DNA of 63,513 bases, the filler included, from a bacterium (GTDB taxonomy: Bacteria > JBBIVP01): the NCBI GenBank assembly GCA_037439705.1. It is 3 parts of 3 records of this genome, joined end to end, with 100 filler letters (N's around TTAATTAATTAA, not from the genome) between each part and the next. Parts side by side here need not be neighbours in the genome. Positions count along the whole stretch, not along the records: positions 1 to 23,430 come from JBBIVP010000009.1; positions 23,531 to 46,596 come from JBBIVP010000010.1; 1 more part is not named here. One strand, written 5' to 3'. The translations under genes were made by a program, and so were the position numbers. This document shows, one piece after another, positions 20,929 through 30,429 of this stretch. Under the pieces are notes generated by a model. The model ran no database searches. It was not told the origin of the DNA and worked only from the letters and a program-made list of their open reading frames with translations. Position 1 is the stretch's first letter; every line of letters begins with the position of its first letter.

Positions 20929-22304
20929 ATGCCGAGTTTCTCTTTCAGGGAGGAAATCTGTTTTTCTGCTTCTTCCACGGTTGGGGCTTCAGAGTATATT
21001 CTTATAAGTGGTTCGGTTCCAGATGGACGAATAAGAACCCACCCTCCGTTGTGAAGCCTGTATTTCTTTCCGTCTATATTTTCTATCTCCAGAACCCTGT
21101 AATTTCCTATTTTCTCAAAATCCTTTAACTCAACTTTTTTATCCGGAGAGAGGGGGATGTCCTTTCTAACCTGAAAATGTGGTCCTATTTCCTCAAAGAG
21201 TTCCATTTTCAGCCTTTCAATGCTTTTATTCCTGTAACATGCCATCTCAAGAAGCATTAATGCTGAAAATATTCCGTCCCTTTCCATTGAATTGATGGAA
21301 ATTCCGATTCCTCCGCTTTCCTCACCTCCTATCAGTCCTTTTTTTTCAAACATCTTTTTTGATATGTATTTGAAACCTATCGGGGTTGTTATGCATTCAA
21401 GACCGTAATTTTTAGCGAGTTTGTCAATCATATCAGAGGTGGAGAAGTTTTTGAATACCTTTCCTTTCAATTTTCTGTCTTCTACAATGTGTTTGAATAG
21501 AAGGGCAAAAACTATATGTGGCGTCACAAATTTCCCCTCTCCATCCACAACCCCCACCCTGTCTCCATCACCATCTGTGGCAATTCCGGCAAAGGCATTT
21601 TCATCTATAACAGTTTTAGAAAGAACTGACAGATTTTCCGCTGTTGGTTCCGGTCTTCCTCCGCCGAAGTATGGGTTTATTTCTTCCCTTATTTCTATTA
21701 TTTCCCATTCAAGAGGTTCCAGGATGCTTTTTAAGTACCCTCTTCCCGCTCCATGCATAGCATCAACAACAATTTTTTTTGAGTTTTCCATAAAAAGTCG
21801 CTGGTCAATGATTTTCAAAAGGTGCTGGATGTAGGGAGATTTGAAGTCTTCTGATGGAACCTCAATTTTTTCCGTCTCTGGAACATCTACTTTTTCAAGA
21901 AGAGCCTCTATTTCGTTCGTGATTTCGTTCTCAGCAGGTCCTCCGAATTGGTTTTTTATTTTGAAGCCGTTGTAATAATATGGGTTATGACTTGCAGTTA
22001 TTACAACTCCACCGTCTAACTTTTTATCCATAATGTTCCATGAGATTTCAGGAGTTGGACTTGGTTCAGAGGAAACGCTCACGGAGATTCCATTTTTGAT
22101 AAGAACCCTCCCGCACTCCTTAGCGAATTCCTCAGACATAAATCTCGTATCGTATCCTATTATTACATTTTTAAAACCCTTTGACTTCAACCATTCCGCA
22201 TAGGCAGAGGCAATCTTTTTTACATTTTCAAATGTCCAGTCCTTTGCTATAACTCCTCTCCATCCGTCCGTTCCAAATTTTATATTCATCCATGCTTTTG
22301 CCAT
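20925..22304 (-). CDS. Phosphoglucomutase/phosphomannomutase
   Basis: IKFGTDGWRG, TASHNP, DGDGDR, GEESGG, RPSGTEP. Confidence 0.95.
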   Translation of the reverse strand: MAKAWMNIKFGTDGWRGVIAKDWTFENVKKIASAYAEWLKSKGFKNVIIGYDTRFMSEEFAKECGRVLIKNGISVSVSSEPSPTPEISWNIMDKKLDGGVVITASHNPYYYNGFKIKNQFGGPAENEITNEIEALLEKVDVPETEKIEVPSEDFKSPYIQHLLKIIDQRLFMENSKKIVVDAMHGAGRGYLKSILEPLEWEIIEIREEINPYFGGGRPEPTAENLSVLSKTVIDENAFAGIATDGDGDRVGVVDGEGKFVTPHIVFALLFKHIVEDRKLKGKVFKNFSTSDMIDKLAKNYGLECITTPIGFKYISKKMFEKKGLIGGEESGGIGISINSMERDGIFSALMLLEMACYRNKSIERLKMELFEEIGPHFQVRKDIPLSPDKKVELKDFEKIGNYRVLEIENIDGKKYRLHNGGWVLIRPSGTEPLIRIYSEAPTVEEAEKQISSLKEKLGI

Positions 22305-22419
22305 GTTAAAAAATATATATCAGGAGCCCTTATTTTATCAAGTTTTTCTTTATCTGATTATCCAACCCAAAATATCTTGGCACTCCTGCTATATGTGCGT
22401 TGGTTTTTCAACTCCCATT

Positions 22420-23340
22420 TTGATTCTTCAAAAAAATGTGAATCTTTCTCCTCCAGGAATAATTTATTCACCACTTCTTGTTGAGGGTCCCATATTTAGC
22501 TTAACCATCCCTTCAATTTCTATTAATAAAGAAGGTTTTTCTGCCTCTTTAAATGGCCAATTTAGCTTTCAACCTGCTATTGATATTGAAATAGATATAT
22601 CAGGGTTTGAATTAAAGAAATTTAAATTCGCAGTCATTGGAGATATTAATCAAGGTCTCACTTTGCCATTCACTATAGGTTATGTAGAAGATGTTCAATA
22701 GGAGGTGCCTCTTGTTGATTATGGGGGGCTAATTTCTCCAGTCCCATACCATCTTTTTACAATCCCTATAGGACCTATAGTTTTGACGGGCAAAATTACC
22801 GTCGGTGCTGGAATATCTGCGGGAGTGAAGGGGTTGAGTATTCGGATGGAAGATGGAAGACTGTATCGGATTTTAATTATGAATTTGAACCTGTTTTTAA
22901 CATTGGGGTTGGTGTAGGATTAGCATTAGAAGCTTTCATCAAGGGGAGATTAAACATCTACCTTTACGATGTTCTCGGTCCATATTTCCAATTAAAACCC
23001 TATGGAAAAGGGGAGGTGGAACTTATTCCACCACATCTTGAAGCAGGATTGGGGCTTGAAGGGTCAGTGGGTGCGAGCGTTAAAATTTTATGATGGGCAT
23101 TACTTGATGTATATTATCTGATTTTTAATTTCTATGAAGTATTGTGGAAGCAAGACATAACTCTTCCAAATACACAACTACAACTCCTCTGGTCTTACAC
23201 AACAGGTTCTTATGTGTACTCCTCACCCTCTATTGGGGACATAGATAATGATGGAAGATTAGAGATTGCCATGGCCAGAATTCAAACACGATACAAAAAA
23301 TACTGGATTTTACACAGGAAATCAAAATCCTCCCTCGTAA
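22420..23340 (+). pseudogene. Degraded gene for a large extracellular beta-rich / FG-GAP propeller protein
   Basis: Collinear fragments with in-frame TAG 22699, a frameshift near 22830, in-frame TGA 23091, one FG-GAP unit (SSPSIGDIDNDGRLEI), then a frame jump into PWPEFKHDTKNTGFY...TAA 23338-23340. The 5' boundary is approximate. Confidence 0.75.
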
Positions 23341-23430
23341 GTTTGGTTACAGGGTTTCTGAATATAAAATTTCAGTTTAAACTTTCCGTTTTCCTCTTTC
23401 TTTTAAACCTGATTTATTTAGAATGAGACC

Positions 23431-23530
23431 NNNNNNNNNNNNNNNNNNNNNNNNNNNNNNNNNNNNNNNNNNNNTTAATTAATTAANNNNNNNNNNNNNN
23501 NNNNNNNNNNNNNNNNNNNNNNNNNNNNNN
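23431..23530. other. Artificial contig-joining spacer
   Basis: 44 N + TTAATTAATTAA (stops in all six frames) + 44 N. Confidence 0.97.
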
Positions 23531-24209
23531 TATCTGCTACTTTTGCTATTTCCTCAATCTCAGGGGCATGCCTGTGTGTAAAAACTCCATAAGGTTTCAC
23601 ACACTCATTCACTTCACAATAAATAGTACCCTCCGAGGCGGACCTTCCAGCCCCTGATACTCCCGATTTGGCGTCTATAATAACAGGAAAATCTAGAATT
23701 TTCTCTTTCAAAATGGGAAATATGGCAATAAGAGCTGCGGTCGGATAGCAACCAGGATTTCCTATTATTTCTGCATTTTTTATCTCTTTTCTGAAAATTT
23801 CGGGAAGTCCATAAACTGCCTTTTTAAGAAGTTCGGGGCATGAATGAGAAACTCCATACCATTTCTCATATTTTTTCTCGTCCTTGAACCTGAAATCAGC
23901 ACTCAAATCTATCAGTCTTTTCCCGCTCCTTATAATTTTTTCAGCGAATTTCATGGGAATTGTGTGAGGAAGGGCTGTAAATATCACATCTACCTCCATC
24001 TCAACAGCACTTTCCAGAGAAATAACCTCCATATCTCCTTTTTCCAGAAAGTGTGGGAAAAGATGTCTTATTTTCTTTCCCACATGTGATGGCTCCGAAG
24101 AAACCCAGGAAACCTCAATGTACGGATGATTCAAAAGTATTGAATATAAAACACTTCCTGTATATCCCCCAATCCCGGCTATTCCTGCCTTTATCCTTGA
24201 GCTTTTCAA
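23531..24209 (-). CDS. argC: N-acetyl-gamma-glutamyl-phosphate reductase (truncated by contig end)
   Basis: GIGGYTG, IDLSADFR, NPGCYPT, KSGVSGAGR, HRHAPEI. The likely start is TTG 24209 just after the rpsI stop. Confidence 0.95.
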
Positions 24210-24210
24210 A

Positions 24211-24600
24211 CTAACGCTTGGAGTACTGATACTTCTTCCTTCTTCCTGGCTGACCGTATTTCTTCCTCTCCTTCTTCCTCGGGTCCCTTGAAAGAAGCCC
24301 TTGCTCTTTGAGTACCGCCCGAAATTCTGGATTATATTGAACAAGTGCTTTCGCTATCCCGTGAACAAGTGCCTGCATCTGGGCAGACTTCCCTCCTCCA
24401 CAGATATTTGCTTTTACATCAAATTTACCTACTGTTTTTGTTATCTCAAACAGGATATTGAGGTAAACCTCTGGATAGATATTTCCAAAATATTGCTGAT
24501 AAGGAATGCCATTTACAAAAATTTTCCCACTCCCATCCTTTAAAAAAACCCTTGCTACAGCATTTTTTCTTCCACCTACTGCATGAATGTATTCTGCCAT
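24211..24600 (-). CDS. rpsI: 30S ribosomal protein S9
   Basis: RKNAVARV, RDPRKKERKKYG, YQYSKR. Confidence 0.98.
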   Translation of the reverse strand: MAEYIHAVGGRKNAVARVFLKDGSGKIFVNGIPYQQYFGNIYPEVYLNILFEITKTVGKFDVKANICGGGKSAQMQALVHGIAKALVQYNPEFRAVLKEQGLLSRDPRKKERKKYGQPGRRKKYQYSKR

Positions 24601-24602
24601 TT

Positions 24603-25031
24603 TTACACCCCTAATGGTTCAGGAAGTTGGGCAGAATGTGGATGTTCAGAACCAGCATACACCTTTAACCTCTTAAGCCTTTTCTTCTGGAGTTTATTCT
24701 TTGGAAGCATTCTTTTCACAGCAAACATTATAACCCTCTCAGGATGTTTTTCAAGAAGTTTTTCCAGCGGAATACTTTTTAAGTGCCCGAGGTAGCCTGT
24801 ATGGTGATAATAGATTTTGTCCTTCAGCTTATTACCAGTAACCCTTATCTTTTCCGCATTTATAACCACAACGAAATCGCCATTATCAATATAAGGAGTA
24901 TAGTCCCTCTTGTGCTTTCCCATAAGAATTGTAGCAATTTTCGTAGAAAGCCTTCCCAGAGTCTTCCCCTCAGCATCAATCAACCACCACTTTCTATTTA
25001 TATCCTCTTTTCTTATTAAGGTTATCTTCAT
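24603..25031 (-). CDS. rplM: 50S ribosomal protein L13
   Basis: WWLIDA...[25 protein letters not shown]. Confidence 0.98.
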   Translation of the reverse strand: MKITLIRKEDINRKWWLIDAEGKTLGRLSTKIATILMGKHKRDYTPYIDNGDFVVVINAEKIRVTGNKLKDKIYYHHTGYLGHLKSIPLEKLLEKHPERVIMFAVKRMLPKNKLQKKRLKRLKVYAGSEHPHSAQLPEPLGV

Positions 25032-25140
25032 AATTTTTAAATACTAAAAGAAAAAATAATTAAGTCAAGCACTTTGGTTAGACTGAACCCATCCTATTTG
25101 AACTTGAAATTACACAAATTGGATGTTAATTCATTGTTAA

Positions 25141-27975
25141 ATGAAGAAATTTATCCTCCTTTTCTTTCTTCTTTCAGTCATCTTCTTCTCTAGGAACCTC
25201 CTATTCGGAAGGGTTTACCTCCCGCTTGACATCATTGACAGAGGAATAATCTATCCTCCCAAAGGAGATTCCATGAGAAATCTTATGATCGGAGATGCAA
25301 TTGTCATATTCTATCCTTCCGATTTTCTCTATAACGAATACCTGAAAAAAGGAGAGATTCTAAAATGGAACCCTTACATATTCTCCGGCTATCCTGAATT
25401 TGAAAGCGGACAATCCGCCACATTCCATCCCGTTCGCCTTATCCTTCACTATCTCTTTGACCCATTTACAGCACACGACACAGGATTATTCATTCATCTA
25501 TTTCTTTGCTGCATTTTTACCTTCATTTACCTAAAAAGCCTTGGACTCTCTGAATTCGCCTCCGCCTTTGGAGGAATTGTATGGGCTTTTTCTTTCTCCC
25601 AGATGACATGGTTTGAAATGGAAAGAACCCATTATACAGGAGCATATATCCCGCTGGTTCTGTATTTCTATGACAGGGCAAGAATTAAAAATCCCAAATT
25701 TTATTCGGTTCTTGGAGGCATCTCTTTATCCCTTCTTCTCCTCACAAGACACCTCCAGTGGGCACTTTACGGATACCTGATGCTATTCTTTTATTTCCTT
25801 TTCAGACTCTTTGAATGTTATACACTGGAAAAAAAATTTAAATCACTTTTAAAAGCATCTATTCCATTTTTAATAATTTCCCTTTTTGGCTTTGCCCTTT
25901 CTTCAATTCAACTCATCCCTACATTTGAACTTATAAAAAGTTCTGGCCTTCAAAGACCCGGAGGAAATATCCTCGCACCATATTTCAACACCTCAAGCAT
26001 AAAAGCCCTTCCAGTTAATTTTTTCCATTCACTCATAACCTTCTTCAACCCAAATCTACTCGGAAGCCCCATTGATGTGATAAATCTGTATTCGTATGCG
26101 AACTTCGTTGAATATCAGGCATATATAGGAATCTTCCCGCTTATATGCGCACTCTTCTCGCTTTCAATAAAAAAGGAAAAAAACATTATCTTTTACCTTT
26201 TTACATTTTTCATCACATTCCTTATGTCGCTCGGCACGATTCTAAATCTTCCATTTGACCTTCTCGTTCCCGGTTTTTCAAGACTTCCACATCCCAGGAT
26301 TATATACCTCACCTCCTTCGCAGGAGCAATTCTGGCTTCTTATGGAGTTGAACTGATATATAAAAAAATTTTACCATCCCATACTCTTAAAAAAGTTATA
26401 ATATTGTTCTGGATTTTCTGGATATTATATACAATCGCTATTTTGTTAGAGTTCAGAAAGAAACTTCCCGCTGACTGGATATCTCCTCTAAATCCTGTTC
26501 TCCACATACCTCTCCTCATTCTTATAACTTCCTCTGTTCTCTTATATTTGAGAAATAATATGAACGATAACCTCTTTGCCATCTTCTCTCTCCTTCTTGT
26601 ATCCGCAGACCTTCTGCCTTTAGGGTTTAACTTCAACACCTGTGCTGATAGAAAATATGCAAATTTAAAAGATTCTTACATACAGAAAATAATTGGTGAA
26701 GAAAAAGAACCTATGAGAATCATAGGGGTTGAACCAAACTGGTCTGTGCTCCTTAAAAAATTTAGTCCAGAGGGCTACCAGAGTTTATACCCCGATTTCT
26801 ATTTTAAAGCAATTTCTCAAGACTCACCATACACAAAGCATCAACTTAAGGTTCTGGGAAATATGTTAAGCAAAACTTTGATAAAATTACTGAATGTTAA
26901 GTACATCTACATAAATCCCTGGTGGGATGCAAAGGTGGAAGAGGGAGCAACCCTCATTCATTCAAAATATGTAAAAATATACAGGGTAAACGGGTATCTG
27001 CCAAGGGCTTTCTTTATAAATAATGTGAAAAAAGCTGATGAATGGTGGATAATATCAGGATTGAGAAATAATGGATTCAATCCAGAAGAAGTGCTCTACC
27101 TTTCTGAAGACTTTCCAGAAGTCTCTCCGATAAATGCTTCAAGTAAAGTGAAGATTACCCATTATTCACCCCACAGAATCTCCATTGAGGTTTCCAGTGA
27201 TGCGGATGGCTTTCTCGTCCTTTCGGATTCCTATTATCCCGGATGGAAGTGCTATGTCGATGAGAAACAGGAAAAAATATATAGAGCATATACCTTTTTG
27301 AGGGCAGTCTTTATCAGAGCTGGAGACCATAGAGTGGAGTTTATATATGACCCGTTTTCTTACAAAATTGGTAAAATAATCACAATAACTACCATCATTA
27401 TTTCCATCATCCTTATCTTGCTTTTTTATGAGAAACCCGAGAAAAAATCTGAAGAACAAAATAAAAGAAAAATACAAAAAATAGACTTTTTATCAATTTC
27501 CGTTCTTTTAATACTTCTCTTGTTAATTCTTCTTCTCACATTTAGGTGGATAAATTTTACATCCGAATTCTCAAAATCAAGGTGGCATGGACACATCGCA
27601 TACATCTTTGAGAAAGGAGGTGAAAGGGACATTGCTCTTCAATATCTTAAAAAAGGAGCAAGTTTCAAAAAGACTGCCTATGAGGTTCACGAAGGTCTGG
27701 GACTCATTTACAATTCTGAAAAGAAACTTGCGGATGCACTTGAACAATTTGAAAAGGCAGTAAGGATTATTCCGAATCCGAGGGGGTATGTTAATTCCGC
27801 AGTCATCAAAACAAAACTTAAAAAATACAATGAAGCAATCTCCGATTTAAGAAAAACCCTTGAACTTAACCCCAAAAGCCCTGACGCCTATTTTGGCTTA
27901 AGTATTGTTTATGAACTTATGGGCAACAAAAGGGAGGCTGAAAAATACAGAAAAATATATGAGGAATTGAAGTAG
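25141..27975 (+). CDS. YfhO-family multi-pass membrane protein (GT-C-like) with C-terminal TPR repeats
   Basis: WNPYIFSGYP, many TM helices, LVLSDSYYPGWKCYVD...GDHRVEFIYDP, TPR tail. Confidence 0.85.
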   Translation: MKKFILLFFLLSVIFFSRNLLFGRVYLPLDIIDRGIIYPPKGDSMRNLMIGDAIVIFYPSDFLYNEYLKKGEILKWNPYIFSGYPEFESGQSATFHPVRLILHYLFDPFTAHDTGLFIHLFLCCIFTFIYLKSLGLSEFASAFGGIVWAFSFSQMTWFEMERTHYTGAYIPLVLYFYDRARIKNPKFYSVLGGISLSLLLLTRHLQWALYGYLMLFFYFLFRLFECYTLEKKFKSLLKASIPFLIISLFGFALSSIQLIPTFELIKSSGLQRPGGNILAPYFNTSSIKALPVNFFHSLITFFNPNLLGSPIDVINLYSYANFVEYQAYIGIFPLICALFSLSIKKEKNIIFYLFTFFITFLMSLGTILNLPFDLLVPGFSRLPHPRIIYLTSFAGAILASYGVELIYKKILPSHTLKKVIILFWIFWILYTIAILLEFRKKLPADWISPLNPVLHIPLLILITSSVLLYLRNNMNDNLFAIFSLLLVSADLLPLGFNFNTCADRKYANLKDSYIQKIIGEEKEPMRIIGVEPNWSVLLKKFSPEGYQSLYPDFYFKAISQDSPYTKHQLKVLGNMLSKTLIKLLNVKYIYINPWWDAKVEEGATLIHSKYVKIYRVNGYLPRAFFINNVKKADEWWIISGLRNNGFNPEEVLYLSEDFPEVSPINASSKVKITHYSPHRISIEVSSDADGFLVLSDSYYPGWKCYVDEKQEKIYRAYTFLRAVFIRAGDHRVEFIYDPFSYKIGKIITITTIIISIILILLFYEKPEKKSEEQNKRKIQKIDFLSISVLLILLLLILLLTFRWINFTSEFSKSRWHGHIAYIFEKGGERDIALQYLKKGASFKKTAYEVHEGLGLIYNSEKKLADALEQFEKAVRIIPNPRGYVNSAVIKTKLKKYNEAISDLRKTLELNPKSPDAYFGLSIVYELMGNKREAEKYRKIYEELK

Positions 27976-28047
27976 GCTTTTAAAATTTCAATAATTGACT
28001 ATTGAATGGAAAAATGTTTTGATTTTAATAACAAAAGGGTTATAAAA

Positions 28048-28254
28048 ATGAAAAAAAAAGCTAAAAAAACGGCTAAAAAGAGACGCGCGGGAATGGAACC
28101 CCTTGATGGGTATAAGGAGATTTTCAGGACAGAGGTAAAGGATTTAAAAAAATTGTCCGTTAAAGAAGCAGTAAAAGAAACAGAAAAATTATTAAAGATG
28201 GCAGAATTATGGATGAGATGCTCAAAAAACTTGTCTCTGCGTTCAAAAAGTTAA
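28048..28254 (+). CDS. Small basic hypothetical protein, possible antitoxin partner
   Basis: ATG 28048 preceded by AAGGG; overlaps the downstream nucleotidyltransferase gene. Confidence 0.5.
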   Translation: MKKKAKKTAKKRRAGMEPLDGYKEIFRTEVKDLKKLSVKEAVKETEKLLKMAELWMRCSKNLSLRSKS

Positions 28255-28766
28255 AAGTAAATTATGTGTTCATTGGAGGAATTGCAGCTTCAATTTTAGG
28301 AAGACCAAGAACCACTGTTGATGCGGATGTAGTTTTTATAATTAAAGAAGAAAAAATTGAAGAATTTGTCAGAACCTTAAAATTGTACGGATTTAAAATA
28401 CCAGAATCTTCTATAGAAAAAATAATTTTGAAGTTAAGGAAACTGTTGCCTGTAAAAATAGCATTTAAACACAATTTTTCTGTTGATTTGCGGTTAGCAA
28501 GCTATTCAATTGATATGGAAGCGATCAAAAGGGCAATAAATGTAAAAATTTTTGGTAAAAATATGCGAATAGCAACTCCCGAAGACATGATTGTATACAA
28601 AATTGCAAGATTTGAAGACATTGATAAAGCGGACATAAAAGGAATCTTACAGCGATTTGGAAAAAAACTGGATTTAGATTACATTCGGAATTTGGCGAAA
28701 AAACTGGTTGAAGAAACCGGAAACGAAAAAATTGTGGATAACTTAAAAATTGCTTTGACCTTCTGA
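28209..28766 (+). CDS. Putative nucleotidyltransferase (DUF6036/AbiEii-like)
   Basis: YVFIGGIAA...GRPRTTVDAD, ATPEDMIVYK, R..DKADI motifs. Confidence 0.75.
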   Translation: MDEMLKKLVSAFKKLKVNYVFIGGIAASILGRPRTTVDADVVFIIKEEKIEEFVRTLKLYGFKIPESSIEKIILKLRKLLPVKIAFKHNFSVDLRLASYSIDMEAIKRAINVKIFGKNMRIATPEDMIVYKIARFEDIDKADIKGILQRFGKKLDLDYIRNLAKKLVEETGNEKIVDNLKIALTF

Positions 28767-28785
28767 ACCCGTGTGAGAGGTTTTA

Positions 28786-30429
28786 TTATTTTTTCTCCAG
28801 CAATTTCTCTGCAGATTTCATAAGTTCAGGAGCCATTTTTACTGATTCAAGAATCATTTCTCTTCCCGCTTCATCCCCGTTTTGAAGAAGGATTTCTCCC
28901 AGCAGAAACTCTGCCACGGGATTTAAAGGATTGATAACAAGCGATTTTTCCAGGTAATTTACCGCTGAATCCAACTCTCCCATCTCCACTGAAATCACCC
29001 CGAGATTATAAAGGCATCTGTAATTCATACTGTTGAGCTCAACGCATCTTTCAAACGACAGGAAAGCCTTATACAGGTGATTTTTATCCCCTGATTTTTT
29101 ATAGGTCTCATAATACCTTTCACCGAGTTTCTCAACTGCTGAGGAATCAAGAAATATTGAGTCATTTAATCTTCTGTAATCCATCCATGCGATAAAAAAA
29201 ACAGGAAGAAGAAAGAAAGCAGGAATTGCGAAAAAAATTCTTGGCTTCAGAACATTATCCCTAATTTTTCTCCCCCGAAAAATTCCCATATAAGTGGCTG
29301 AAAGGAAAAGAATCAACGGAAGGTGCATGGGAAAATCAAAAAGGGAATGGATTAAAATGACAAGAAGACCAAAAAAGGCAGATGTCCTTGTTCCCTGAAG
29401 GACATTATTATAAGAAGAAAAAGAGATATATTCTTTGAAAATCAGAAAAATTCCATAGAGAAGAATTAAAAACGGAAATATACCGAGAACGAATAAAATT
29501 TCAAGAAACTCCTTGTGAAGGGCAGGAAATTCCCCCCTCATATATCATTTATAACAGGAAGGAAAAAACCATTAAAAACTTCCAATCCCGCTTCCAAATC
29601 GAAGAAATCTGAGCCCACATCTTATCCCGTATTTCCACATATCAAGCCTTGAAGAAATGGAGGAAATGAGCCCATTTAGAGAAAAACTCCTTTCAATCCC
29701 TTTATAAACAGAAAAAATGGATATGAACAAAAGAAAAAAGAAGAAGGAAAAATAAGAAACCCATCTTTTTTCAAACAATTTTGAACGATTAATAAAAATG
29801 TAAATTAAAAAAGAAACAAAAAGGCTCAATATTCCGCCCCATGCTCCTGTCAGAAGGATGCCGGTGAGGAGAATAAAAGATAAAATCCATGGTACGCCGG
29901 ATTTTCTTGTTGACCTTGAAAGAAGAAGGAGGGGAAGTGTGGATGAAAGGAAAGCGGAAAAGTGGGATGGATTTGCAAAGTTTCCCTTAATTGGAACAGG
30001 TTTTAAGAGATTAAGAATAACAAGGAGGGAGGCGGAAACTGCTATTCCTGTATTCAGAAGTCTCCTTATTTCTCTTTCCGAGGATAAGTATTTTGTTATC
30101 ACATAGAGAAATATAAAATCAAAAATCAAAATTACATCAAGCAATCCACCTCTTTTATCCGGTGTTTTTAAAAGGGATATTGTTGAAAAGATAAGAAAGA
30201 GAACAAAAAGAAAAAGAAATTTGTCCTTAAAAAGAGAAAGTGGAATAAATGGTAATGAAAGAAAAAAAATAAAAAAGATAATACCTGAAATAAGAATCTG
30301 GTCCTGTCTCAAAACTCCACCGTATCTTAAAGCAATGAGAAAAAATCCAGAAATTAAAAGAAGGGATAAAAAAAGGGATGGATTACGAGGAATAATAATA
30401 TCTGTAATAGTATCTTTTTTCTTCTGCAT
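28786..30429 (-). pseudogene. O-antigen ligase / Wzy_C protein with C-terminal TPR, interrupted by two in-frame stops
   Basis: The two ORFs share a frame: FGSGIGSF*WFFPSCYK*YMRGEFPALHKEFLE (TAA 29572-29574, TGA 29545-29547). Also GNFANPSHFS, SRLDMW, IHSLFDFPMH. Confidence 0.78.

Noticed and set aside
23475..23486. TTAATTAATTAA palindrome occurring twice, as a regulatory or recombination site
   Set aside because: It is embedded symmetrically in N runs and is an assembly linker.
24210..24344. 45-aa N-terminal extension of ArgC overlapping rpsI
   Set aside because: It is an alternative-frame read of rpsI; a TTG start lies right after the rpsI stop.
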